From contig JAGZUF010000002.1 in the NCBI GenBank assembly GCA_018380115.1, positions 110,281-174,280 on the forward strand: a stretch of DNA of 64,000 nucleotides, written 5' to 3'. The stretch comes from Oscillospiraceae bacterium. Its GTDB lineage: Bacteria > Bacillota > Clostridia > Oscillospirales > Ruminococcaceae. Position numbers and translations under genes: made by a program. This document shows, one piece after another, positions 27,528-35,916 of the stretch. Each line of letters starts with the position of its first letter. Within the stretch, counting starts at the first letter, position 1. The notes below the pieces were generated by a model, which was not told where the DNA came from, did no database searches, and saw only the letters and a list, made by a program, of their open reading frames with translations.

Positions 27528-27578
27528 AATGCAAAAATCCCCTATGAAAGCCGTTTGGCCTCCATGGGGGATTTTTTC
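27528..27578. terminator. Bidirectional terminator between the DASS gene and malQ
   Basis: AAAAATCCCCTATG…CATGGGGGATTTTTT hairpin with T and A runs on both sides. Confidence 0.5.
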
Positions 27579-27639
27579 ATATTGGGCCTGCAGAGCAAAA
27601 CACTCCGCACCCGGCGCCCTGGCCCCGCCCAAAGCGCCA

Positions 27640-29118
27640 TTATATCCTGCCGTACCTTTCGCACACAGCGCGGATATGCCTTGCCAGCCCGGGCGACAAA
27701 GAGGCCGCCTCACAGCGCCAGCGCCAGTTGCCGCCGCCTATGGTGCCGGGGGTGTTGATGCGCCCTTCCCTTCCAAGGCCCAGCCAATCCGCCATGGGCA
27801 CCACGGCCAGCCGGGCCGGGCTTTGCAGCACGCCGCGCAGAAGGCCTGCCGTCTCGCCCTCTTCGGCGGAAAGGCCCAGATATTCCTTTGCGTGGCGCTT
27901 TTCCTTCGCGCGGGCGGTGCGCCACCAAGCCCGCAGGGTGGTGTTGTCGTGCGTGCCTGGGTAGGCCACGCAGTTCTCCGGGTAGTTATGGGGCAGATGG
28001 TCGCTGCCCGGGCCCGCGCCGAACGCAAACTGCAGCACCTTCATACCGGGGAAGCCCGTCTCTTTCAGCAGCGCGCGCACGCTTTCGAACATCTCGCCCA
28101 AATCCTCTGCCACAATGGCCGCGCCCGGCAAAGCGCGCAGCACCTCGCCCCACAGCCGCATGCCCGGCCCCTGCCTCCATTCGCCCTTCCGCGCGTTGGG
28201 CGCGCCGTAGGGGATGGCGTAATAGGTGTCAAACCCGCGGAAGTGGTCGATGCGCACGGCGTCATATAGTTCCAGCGAAAAACGCACCCGCTTTATCCAC
28301 CAGTCATAATGCGTGCTCTCGTGCCGGGCCCAGTTGTACAACGGGTTGCCCCAAAGCTGGCCGTCGGCAGAAAAATAATCCGGCGGGCAACCCGCTACAT
28401 CCCTGGGCAGGCCCGCCTCGTCCAGCCAGAACAGCTCGCGTCCGGCCCATACATCGGCGGAATCGGGCGAGACATAGATGGGGATGTCCCCCAAAATGCG
28501 CACGCCCCTTTCGTTCGCATACGCCTTCAGTGCACGCCACTGGGCAAAAAACTCGTACTGGCAGAACTTCCAGAAATGCACTTCGTCCTCGTGCCCGGCA
28601 TACAGTTCCCGAATGGCGCCCGCCTCGTGCATGCGCAGCGCCTCGGGCCACTGCCGGTAATCGCGGCCGCCCTCAAGGCCCTTTGCCGTCATGAACAGGG
28701 CATAGTCCTCCAGCCACCAGCCCTGCTCATAGCAGAAATGGTAGTAATCGTCCGGGTACCATTTTGAAAACCGTGCAAACGCCTTACGCAGCACGGCAAA
28801 GTGCGTTTCGCGCACGGCGCCGTAATCCACGGCGCGCGGCGTTTTCCCAAAGGAAAGGCCGGCGTATTCCTGCTTTTTCAAAAGCCCCCTTCTGCGCAGG
28901 GGTTCAAAATCAATGAACCAGGGGCTGCCTGCAAAGGCCGAGCAGCTTTGGTACGGGCTGTCACCGAAGCCCGTGGGCGACAGCGGCAGTATCTGCCACA
29001 CATGCTGGCCTGCGCGGGCCAGAAAATCCACAAAATCATATGCGCCTTTGCCCAGGGTGCCGATGCCGAACGGCCCCGGCAGGCTGGCCACCGGCATCAG
29101 GATGCCGCTTTCCCGCAT
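27640..29118 (-). CDS. malQ: 4-alpha-glucanotransferase (amylomaltase, GH77)
   Basis: 492 aa from an ATG with a GGGAGG RBS. GH77 blocks ILGDIPIYV…DHFRGF…YPGTHDN. The ORF track extends 490 aa further upstream, which looks spurious. Confidence 0.9.
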   Translation of the reverse strand: MRESGILMPVASLPGPFGIGTLGKGAYDFVDFLARAGQHVWQILPLSPTGFGDSPYQSCSAFAGSPWFIDFEPLRRRGLLKKQEYAGLSFGKTPRAVDYGAVRETHFAVLRKAFARFSKWYPDDYYHFCYEQGWWLEDYALFMTAKGLEGGRDYRQWPEALRMHEAGAIRELYAGHEDEVHFWKFCQYEFFAQWRALKAYANERGVRILGDIPIYVSPDSADVWAGRELFWLDEAGLPRDVAGCPPDYFSADGQLWGNPLYNWARHESTHYDWWIKRVRFSLELYDAVRIDHFRGFDTYYAIPYGAPNARKGEWRQGPGMRLWGEVLRALPGAAIVAEDLGEMFESVRALLKETGFPGMKVLQFAFGAGPGSDHLPHNYPENCVAYPGTHDNTTLRAWWRTARAKEKRHAKEYLGLSAEEGETAGLLRGVLQSPARLAVVPMADWLGLGREGRINTPGTIGGGNWRWRCEAASLSPGLARHIRAVCERYGRI

Positions 29119-29304
29119 AAAAGAATTCCTCCCACCTGCGCGCCGCACAGCGGCACGCCTGCAATTATTTGCATTATAGTACAAAACGGGTGGTTTTGGC
29201 ATACAAAAAATCGGCGCTTTATTTAGTGCTTTTGACAAAACCGTATGATAAAATTGAAAAAAGATGACACGCGGCCGCCAGCGGCCCAAAAAGGAGGGCC
29301 CGCC

Positions 29305-30474
29305 ATGGCCGGAACGAAAAAGCTGTATCACAAAGACGCATACCTGCGCGAATTCTGTGCCAGAGTGCTTTCCTGCACGCCCTGTGCAGACGGTATGTTC
29401 AACGTGGTGCTGGATGAAACGGCCTTTTACCCCGAGGGCGGCGGCCAGCCCGCCGACCATGGTGCTCTGGGCGCCGCACGGGTAATGGACGTACAGCTTC
29501 AGGGCGAAGCCGTTGTGCACCGCACCACCGCTCCGCTGCGTGTGGGCGAGACGGTGCAGGGCAATATCGACTGGGCGCGCCGGTTCGACCACATGCAGCA
29601 GCATACGGGCGAGCACATCACCAGCGGCATCATCAAAAGCCGCTTCGGCTTTGACAACCTGGGCTTCCACATGGGGCGGGAAAGCGTTGTGCTGGAATGT
29701 TCGGGCCAGCTGGACGCCGCCCAGCTGGCGGAGCTGGAGCTGGCCGTCAATGAGGTCATCTGCCGCAACGGCGAGGTGCGCGCCTGGTTTCCCCGGCCGG
29801 ACGAGCTGGCCGGGCTTACTTACCGCAGAAAAAAAGAGATAGAGGGCGATGTGCGCATCGTGGACGCCGCCGGGGCGGACGTGTGCGCCTGCTGCGGCAC
29901 GCATGTGGCGCGCGCGGGCGAGGTGCAGCTTGCCAAGTTTACCGGCGTCACGCGCCACAAGGGGCACACCGTAATAGAGGCACTGTTCGGCGCGCGCGCC
30001 CTGACAGATTACTTCAAAAAGCACAAGGCGCTTATGCAGCTCAGCGCCTTTTATTCTGCCCCACCGCTTCAGGTACCCCAGCGCGCGCAGGCCGAACGCG
30101 CCGCGTGGGAGCAAAGCGCCCTTGCCGCAGCGCAGGTGCAGCAGGCGCTGTTTGAGGCCGAGGCAAAGCTGTGCCCGCCGGGCACACCGGCGGTGCGCTT
30201 CTGCGAGGGCCTTTCGCCGGACGGCGCGCGCCGCTATGCCTGCGCCCTGGCAGAGGTTTGCCCCGCGGCGCTGGTGTTTGGCGGCAGCGAGGGCGCTTAC
30301 GCCTGCGCCCTGGCCAGCCGCACGGCAGATATGCGCCCGCTGGGCGCGGCGCTGGCCGGGGCGCTGAACGGCAAGGGCGGCGGCAAGCCCGCGCTGTGGC
30401 AGGGCCGCGCCGCCTGCACGCGCGCGGCGGCCGAAAGCGGGGCTGAACGCATTTTTGCGGAGGCCGGGCTGTGA
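29305..30474 (+). CDS. AlaX-type alanyl-tRNA editing protein (AlaRS second-additional/editing domain homolog)
   Basis: Zinc motifs HTGEHIT and CCGTHV. GGAGGG RBS before the ATG at 29305. Confidence 0.8.
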   Translation: MAGTKKLYHKDAYLREFCARVLSCTPCADGMFNVVLDETAFYPEGGGQPADHGALGAARVMDVQLQGEAVVHRTTAPLRVGETVQGNIDWARRFDHMQQHTGEHITSGIIKSRFGFDNLGFHMGRESVVLECSGQLDAAQLAELELAVNEVICRNGEVRAWFPRPDELAGLTYRRKKEIEGDVRIVDAAGADVCACCGTHVARAGEVQLAKFTGVTRHKGHTVIEALFGARALTDYFKKHKALMQLSAFYSAPPLQVPQRAQAERAAWEQSALAAAQVQQALFEAEAKLCPPGTPAVRFCEGLSPDGARRYACALAEVCPAALVFGGSEGAYACALASRTADMRPLGAALAGALNGKGGGKPALWQGRAACTRAAAESGAERIFAEAGL

Positions 30475-31232
30475 GGCCGCACCCTCCCGCGGCAGGGCGC
30501 ATCGCCCTGCTGGACTGGGTAAAGGCCGCCGCCATCGTGAACATGGTGGCGTACCACGCGCTGTACGACGCGGCATTTCTGTTCGGGGCGGCGGGGGTGC
30601 AGGCATTTATGCGCTCTGCCCCCGCCCACTGGTGGGAGAGGTGCATCTGCAGCGCCTTTATTCTTGTTTCAGGCGCGCTGGCGCTGCACAGCCGCAGGCC
30701 CTACCGCCGGGCGCTGGCTGTGTTCGGCGCCGGGCTGCTTATCACGGCCGTGACGCTGGTGTTCACACCGCAGCTTTCCATCTGGTTCGGCATCCTGCAC
30801 TTTCTGGGCCTTGCGGGGCTTCTTACCGCGCTGGCGGCGCCTGTCCTGCGGCGCGTGCCGCCGTGGGCGGGCCTTGCCGCCTGTGCGGCGCTGTTCTGGC
30901 TGACGCACACCATCCCCTACGGCCAATGGCCCTGGGGCGCGCCGCTGCCGCAGGCGCTGTATGACGCAAAATTTCTTCTTTTCCTGGGCTTCTGGCCCAT
31001 GAACAGCGGGCTTACCTCCAGCGATTATTTTCCGCTGATGCCGTGGCTGTTTCTGTTCTGGGCAGGGCTGTTCGCGGGGCGGGCTGTTCCCAGCACGCCC
31101 CTTGCGGCGGCATGCGCCCGTGTGCCGCGCTGCCGTGCGGCGGAATGGCTGGCGCGCCATGCCCTTATTATCTATGTGGTGCACCAGCCCCTTGCAGCCG
31201 GGCTTGTGTGGCTGATTCTGCGCTTTGCTTGA
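30471..31232 (+). CDS. DUF1624 / HGSNAT-like membrane protein (putative acyltransferase-3-like)
   Basis: Polytopic membrane protein; GTG start overlapping the upstream stop. GC-rich, call moderately confident. Confidence 0.6.
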   Translation: MRPHPPAAGRIALLDWVKAAAIVNMVAYHALYDAAFLFGAAGVQAFMRSAPAHWWERCICSAFILVSGALALHSRRPYRRALAVFGAGLLITAVTLVFTPQLSIWFGILHFLGLAGLLTALAAPVLRRVPPWAGLAACAALFWLTHTIPYGQWPWGAPLPQALYDAKFLLFLGFWPMNSGLTSSDYFPLMPWLFLFWAGLFAGRAVPSTPLAAACARVPRCRAAEWLARHALIIYVVHQPLAAGLVWLILRFA

Positions 31233-31327
31233 AAGGGCGCGGCAAACCTGTTAGAATGGTGATATTGATATGCAGACGGCCCGCCGCATGACGCTGGCGG
31301 AAAGCGCGGTGCCGCCGCACAGGAAAG

Positions 31328-32617
31328 ATGAGGCGAGATGATTTGAAACTGGAAAAGGGCACGGTGCGCACACTGGCGCTTGTTTTGTTCGGCGCCATTC
31401 TGTTCTATTGGGCGCTGGACCATTGGGACCTTTTGTGGGACGCCGTGCGCCTGTGTGCAAGGCTGATGTTCCCGTTTTTCCTGGGCTTCTGCATCGCATT
31501 TGTGCTGAACGTGCCCATGCGGGCGCTGGAGAAGAAGTTCTGGCCGCAGACAGATAAAAAGGCGCTGAACGCCCTGCGCCGCCCCACCTGCATTTTGGTT
31601 TCGCTGGTGCTCATTCTGGCCATCCTCACCGCGGTGGTGATGCTGGTGGTGCCGGAGCTGGTGAACGCCTTCGGCGTCCTGGCAGACCAGGTGCCTGTTT
31701 TCCTGAAAAATGCGCAGGCATGGCTTCTGGCGAACGGCGACGCCTTCCCCGCCCTGCAGGACTGGCTGTCTTCCGCGCAGATAGACTGGAACAGTATCGG
31801 CAAAACGCTGTTCGGCTATGTGACCACCGGCGCGGGCAACATTCTGGGCGGCACCGTACATGTAGTGACGGGTATTGCAGGCGGCACCACCAACACCATC
31901 ATCGCCTTCATTTTTGCTTTGTATATCCTGCTTGGCAAGGAAAAATTCAAACACCAGCTTATTGTGCTGGGGCAGGCCTTTCTGCCGCAGCGCATGTGCG
32001 GCGCACTGGCCCATGTGGGCAAGGTGGCGGCGCGCACGTTTGCCAAATTTGTCTCAGGGCAGTGCATCGAGGCATGCATTCTTGGCACGCTGTGCTGGCT
32101 TGGCATGCTGCTGTTCCGCTTCCCCTATGCGCCCATGGTGGGCGCGCTGGTGGGCATCTCGGCCTTGGTGCCCATTGTGGGCGCGCTGGTGGGCACTGTG
32201 GTGGGCGCCTTCATGATCATGATGGTAGACCCCATCCTAGCTGTGTGGTTCGTGGTGTTCCTGCTGGTTTTGCAGCAGATAGAGGGCAATGTCATCTACC
32301 CTCGTGTGGTGGGCTCTTCTGTTGGCCTGCCGCCGGTGTGGGTGCTGGCTGCCGTTACGCTGGGCGGCAGCCTGTACGGCATTGCGGGCATGCTGTTCGG
32401 CGTGCCCACGGCCAGCGTGGCCTATACGCTGGTGAAAGAGGCCGCCGCACGGCGCCTTGCCGCAAAGGCGGCGGCCAGTGTGGGCACCCCTGCACCGCAG
32501 GCCGCGCACGGCGAAGCGCCCGCTGGGGAAGGGCAGCCCGCCCCGCCTGAAAAGCCCGCTGCAAAACGCGCGCGGCAGACAAAGAAAAACGGCGCCGGGC
32601 CAGCCCAGGGCCGGTGA
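31328..32617 (+). CDS. AI-2E family transporter (PerM/YhhT-like)
   Basis: Eight TM helices; QIEGNVIYPRVVG signature; Ala/Pro/Lys-rich C-terminal tail. Confidence 0.85.
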   Translation: MRRDDLKLEKGTVRTLALVLFGAILFYWALDHWDLLWDAVRLCARLMFPFFLGFCIAFVLNVPMRALEKKFWPQTDKKALNALRRPTCILVSLVLILAILTAVVMLVVPELVNAFGVLADQVPVFLKNAQAWLLANGDAFPALQDWLSSAQIDWNSIGKTLFGYVTTGAGNILGGTVHVVTGIAGGTTNTIIAFIFALYILLGKEKFKHQLIVLGQAFLPQRMCGALAHVGKVAARTFAKFVSGQCIEACILGTLCWLGMLLFRFPYAPMVGALVGISALVPIVGALVGTVVGAFMIMMVDPILAVWFVVFLLVLQQIEGNVIYPRVVGSSVGLPPVWVLAAVTLGGSLYGIAGMLFGVPTASVAYTLVKEAAARRLAAKAAASVGTPAPQAAHGEAPAGEGQPAPPEKPAAKRARQTKKNGAGPAQGR

Positions 32618-32647
32618 CGTATGCGCCATAGCCGGAAAGGAATTTTC

Positions 32648-33277
32648 ATGAGTTTGCTGTCAGATGCAAAAAGCATGCTGAAAAAAGACCCCGCAGCCCG
32701 CAGCCTTGCGGAAGTGATGCTGCTGTACCCGGGGTTCCATGCGCTTATTTTCTACCGCATTTCCCACTGGCTGTTCGGCCACCGGCGCTTTTTTCTGGCG
32801 CGCACTGTCAGCCAGTGGGGGCGGGGGTTCACTGGTATTGAGATACACCCCGGTGCCACCATAGGTGAAGGGCTTTTCATTGACCACGGTGCAGGCATTG
32901 TGGTGGGCGAAACGGCAGAGATAGGCAACAACGTCACCATCTATCACGGCGTCACCCTGGGCGGCACCGGCAAGGATGAGGGCAAACGCCACCCCACGGT
33001 GTGCGACAATGTGCTTATCGGCACAGGCTGCAAGGTGCTGGGGCCCATCACCATTGGTGAAAACAGCCGCATCGGTGCAAACAGCGTGGTGCTTACCGAT
33101 ATTCCCGCCAACGCCACCGCCATCGGCATCCCAGCCAGCGTGGTGCGCATCAACGGCAATAAAGTGGTGCACGAAAGCGAAGTGCTGAACCAGCGCGATT
33201 ACCCCGACGTGGTGCACGCCGAGCTGGCGGCCCTGAAAAAGCGTCTGGAAAAGCTGGAACAAGAGCAAGCGGAATAA
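32648..33277 (+). CDS. cysE: Serine O-acetyltransferase
   Basis: Hexapeptide-repeat left-handed beta-helix ([31 protein letters not shown]…) plus the SAT N-terminal domain. Confidence 0.85.
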   Translation: MSLLSDAKSMLKKDPAARSLAEVMLLYPGFHALIFYRISHWLFGHRRFFLARTVSQWGRGFTGIEIHPGATIGEGLFIDHGAGIVVGETAEIGNNVTIYHGVTLGGTGKDEGKRHPTVCDNVLIGTGCKVLGPITIGENSRIGANSVVLTDIPANATAIGIPASVVRINGNKVVHESEVLNQRDYPDVVHAELAALKKRLEKLEQEQAE

Positions 33278-33770
33278 ATTTGCACCATGGCCATCGGACG
33301 TGCCGGCAGTTTGCACAGCTTTCCTTGAGGCCCGGTGCCGGCCGAGCCTCCGGCTTGTACAATGCTTCCGCCTGCATAAAGCGCCTTGCCGCTGTTCAAG
33401 CAGCCGCAGGGCGCTTTTTGCTTATCCCCTGCCGATATTGATTTCTTTTTCCTTCTATCGTTTTGCTGGCGCCTCGCTTCGCGCAGATCTTTTTTCTTCG
33501 TATGGCAAAAACGTTTTGGAACCGCTGGCCCTTCCCCTTGTCTTCATTTACAAAACAGAGGGCGCCCTGTTTTGGCTTCGGCTGCGGGGCCTTCTTTTTT
33601 GCATTACGGCACGGTCAGCGCACATATTCCCGATAGAGAGGTGCTGTAGGCCGGGCTGTAAGACCCCTGACCCCTTCGCCGGGAAACACAGGCGGATAGG
33701 CACGGCCTGTGGCGGTAGAAAAATCCGCCTTCTGGCCTCATAAGCCCATCACCTTGATGCAATCAGGTCC

Positions 33771-33806
33771 CATGGCGGCCGTCAGGCCCGCCATGGGGCG
33801 TTTTTC
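33771..33806 (+). terminator. Intrinsic terminator-like hairpin (CCATGGCGGCC-gtcagg-CCCGCCATGG followed by GGCGTTTTTCG); member of a small palindrome family
   Basis: Perfect 9-bp arms plus a T-tract. Related palindromes at 34676-34699 and 58802-58826 (inverted). Confidence 0.45.
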
Positions 33807-34127
33807 GTATCTTCTGTATTCGTAGCAAGAAACAAAGAGCAAAGCTATACTGTACCGCCGGGAATGGGGGCACACGCCGCGGCCGGGGTGATTCTCCGCC
33901 GCCCGCCTCTGGTATATCAGACTTGATTGCAGCGGCAGACGCCTTGTTTCATAAAGCAGCGCCTTCATTCGAAAGAATATCTGCCTGCTGCATGCGGGCA
34001 TTTCATTTTGCAAGACCGCAGACGCCTTCCCAGTGTGCAGGGATTAACGCCGCTGCACATCCAGTACAGCGAGACAAGCCCGCCGGGCGGCAGCACAGGC
34101 CCGGAGAGCAGAGTCATTTGCAGCACA

Positions 34128-34170
34128 AAAAGGCCCCTAGAGGCCGGACGCTTCCGGGGCCTCAAAGCTG
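34128..34170 (-). terminator. Terminator for the small XRE gene
   Basis: AGGCCCC…GGGGCCT hairpin followed, on the minus strand, by TTTTTGTGCTGC. Confidence 0.4.
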
Positions 34171-34297
34171 GCTGATACGGCAGAAAAGGGAAACCGCGCC
34201 GCTGTGCGCATAAGCTCTCTATCCTGCGGGGAAAGCTGCACACCCGGCCCTGCCTCTAAGCCGGGCCGCCTGCGCACACAGTTAATACAGCATGCTC

Positions 34298-34576
34298 TCA
34301 GGCCGCCTTCTGCTCGGTATCCTCGAAAATGGCGCGCAGGCCGCCCAAAAAGCCTTTTGTCTCTTCCTCTGTGCGGCAGCACCGGAACAGGAAAAGCAGA
34401 AAGGTCGCAAGCCCAAAGCACGCCTGCCCGCCCTCCAATGCAGTATAGCCCCGCGTGCTCATCCACAGGCGGGCAGCCATCTGTTCCTGCGTGAGGCCCA
34501 GCCGGTGCCTTGCTTTCAAAAGCTCACAGCGAAGGTAATGTTTCATGGCGGTTTGCAGCAAATTTCTCATTGGCAA
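34298..34576 (-). CDS. Small XRE-family HTH protein (92 aa) with a hydrophobic C-proximal segment
   Basis: HTH LGLTQEQMAARLWMSTRGYTALEGGQ. RBS AAGGAAG. A minus-strand terminator lies downstream. The only plausible CDS in 2.6 kb. Confidence 0.45.
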   Translation of the reverse strand: MPMRNLLQTAMKHYLRCELLKARHRLGLTQEQMAARLWMSTRGYTALEGGQACFGLATFLLFLFRCCRTEEETKGFLGGLRAIFEDTEQKAA

Positions 34577-34649
34577 ATTCTTCCTTTCTCAGAATCTACC
34601 AAAATTTTACTGAGAACAGGAAGTGCACACCATGAACTGCACTTCCTGA

Positions 34650-34700
34650 AATGAAAAATGTTAAAAAAACGCAGCCCCATGGCAGGCCTGCCATGGGGCT
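34650..34700 (-). terminator. Minus-strand intrinsic terminator (CCCCATGGCAGGCCTGCCATGGGG followed by CTGCGTTTTTTTAAC)
   Basis: Perfect palindrome plus a 7-T run on the minus strand. Confidence 0.45.
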
Positions 34701-34949
34701 GGTATAAAGGGAAGCGGGGTTTAGGCGCCGTTTTTCGCAAAGGACAGATTTAATTTGAACTGCAGGAAGCGCCTGTTTGTATACGGCGCAGGCATTGCCT
34801 GCCTGACGGGCAGCGCAGCGGTGCATGCGGCACCGTGCAGGCAGGACAGAATTCAGCTTTCCATATAAAAAGGCAAGGTACACCCGTGTATAGAACGGGT
34901 GATTGTATCTATATCCCGGCGCAGGGGCTCCGTGAAGCCCGCGCCTTTT

Positions 34950-35916
34950 TATGTTTCTTTTATTTTGTGCCGTTGAGTGCATTCTCTGCCTTCGGGATGA
35001 AAATGCCGGGCACATCTTTGGCGGGTGCCGCTGTTTTTCCCTGCACAGTGCGCAGATATGGGCACGCAGGGCCCGTGCTCCTGTTTATTGTGCTTTGTGC
35101 ACAGGCGTGCAGTTCCAGCTTCGCCTGTTCCCGGTTGTATGCAGAGAAAACACGGGCCTCTGCGGGGTGCGCGTCGTTTGCATCTCTTTTATTTTGTGCG
35201 GCATTACACATCCTCACGCCTTCGAGGCGGGAACCGGCATTTTCCGCCCCAACCCCTATTATGAACAAGGCTGTAAAAAGGCATGGAACCCGGCAGCTTT
35301 CACTGCCGGGCCCCATGTCCCCTGCTGGAAGAAAAAGAAGTTAAGCTTTTGCCTTGTGCTCCCTGTGCGGGCGCACGGGCACGCCCTTTCCGCACGCAGG
35401 CGCACGGGCCCGGTTCTGTACGTTCCCGGCCAGCCTGCGGATGAGCCTGCAAGATGCCAGAGGCCCCGGCAGTTTTTTGACTGCCGGGGCCTCTGTTGCA
35501 GGGATATGAGAAATATGAGGAGATAGGCTTGTTTTCTGTGCTCCCTGTGCGGGCGTATAGGTGCACCTTACTGGCCGAAGGGCCGCGTTATTTGGGCGTG
35601 CCGTTTCGGCACACGGGCAGGCGTTATAAGCCCTATGTAGGAACATAAACGCACCCTTTCGGGCTCGGAACAGGCGTTACAGCCCCGGCGGCCGAAGCCG
35701 CCGGAGGGGGGCAGGCCGCACCAGTTAGAAGAAAATATGAGAAGATATGCTCGTTTTCTGCGCGCCCTGCGCGGGCGCGCGGGTGTGCCTTACAGCCCGA
35801 AAGGCCGCGTTATTTGGGCGTGCCGTTTCGGCACACGGGGCGGGCGTTATAAGCCCTATGTAGGAACATAAACGCACCCTTTCGGGCTCGGAACAGGCGT
35901 TACAGCCCCAGAAGTG
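34950..35916. repeat. Degenerate tandem array, about five units of 160-230 bp; the two distal units (35497-35685 and 35727-35916) are nearly identical over about 150 bp
   Basis: Recurring blocks: CTTTTATTTTGTGC / TTTTCTGTGCTCCCTGTGCGGGCG / GGGCCGCGTTATTTGGGCGTGCCGTTTCGGCACACGGG…GCGTTATAAGCCCTATGTAGGAACATAAACGCACCCTTTCGGGCTCGGAACAGGCGTTACAGCCCC. Internal hairpins GTGCCGtttcGGCAC and GCCCGAAAGG…CCTTTCGGGC. Confidence 0.6.

Noticed and set aside
27640-30606. 988-aa minus-strand ORF suggesting a giant MalQ fusion
   Set aside because: Only the C-terminal 492 aa (from the ATG at 29118 with a GGGAGG RBS) is GH77-like. The N-terminal about 490 aa is Arg/Pro/Ala-rich with no motifs and lies antisense to the well-supported alaX-type gene (29305-30474). 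Long stop-free antisense frames are expected at this GC content.
34950-35916. CRISPR array
   Set aside because: Units are 160-230 bp with internal nested hairpins and variable length. There are no short regular repeats with unique spacers and no cas genes in the window.
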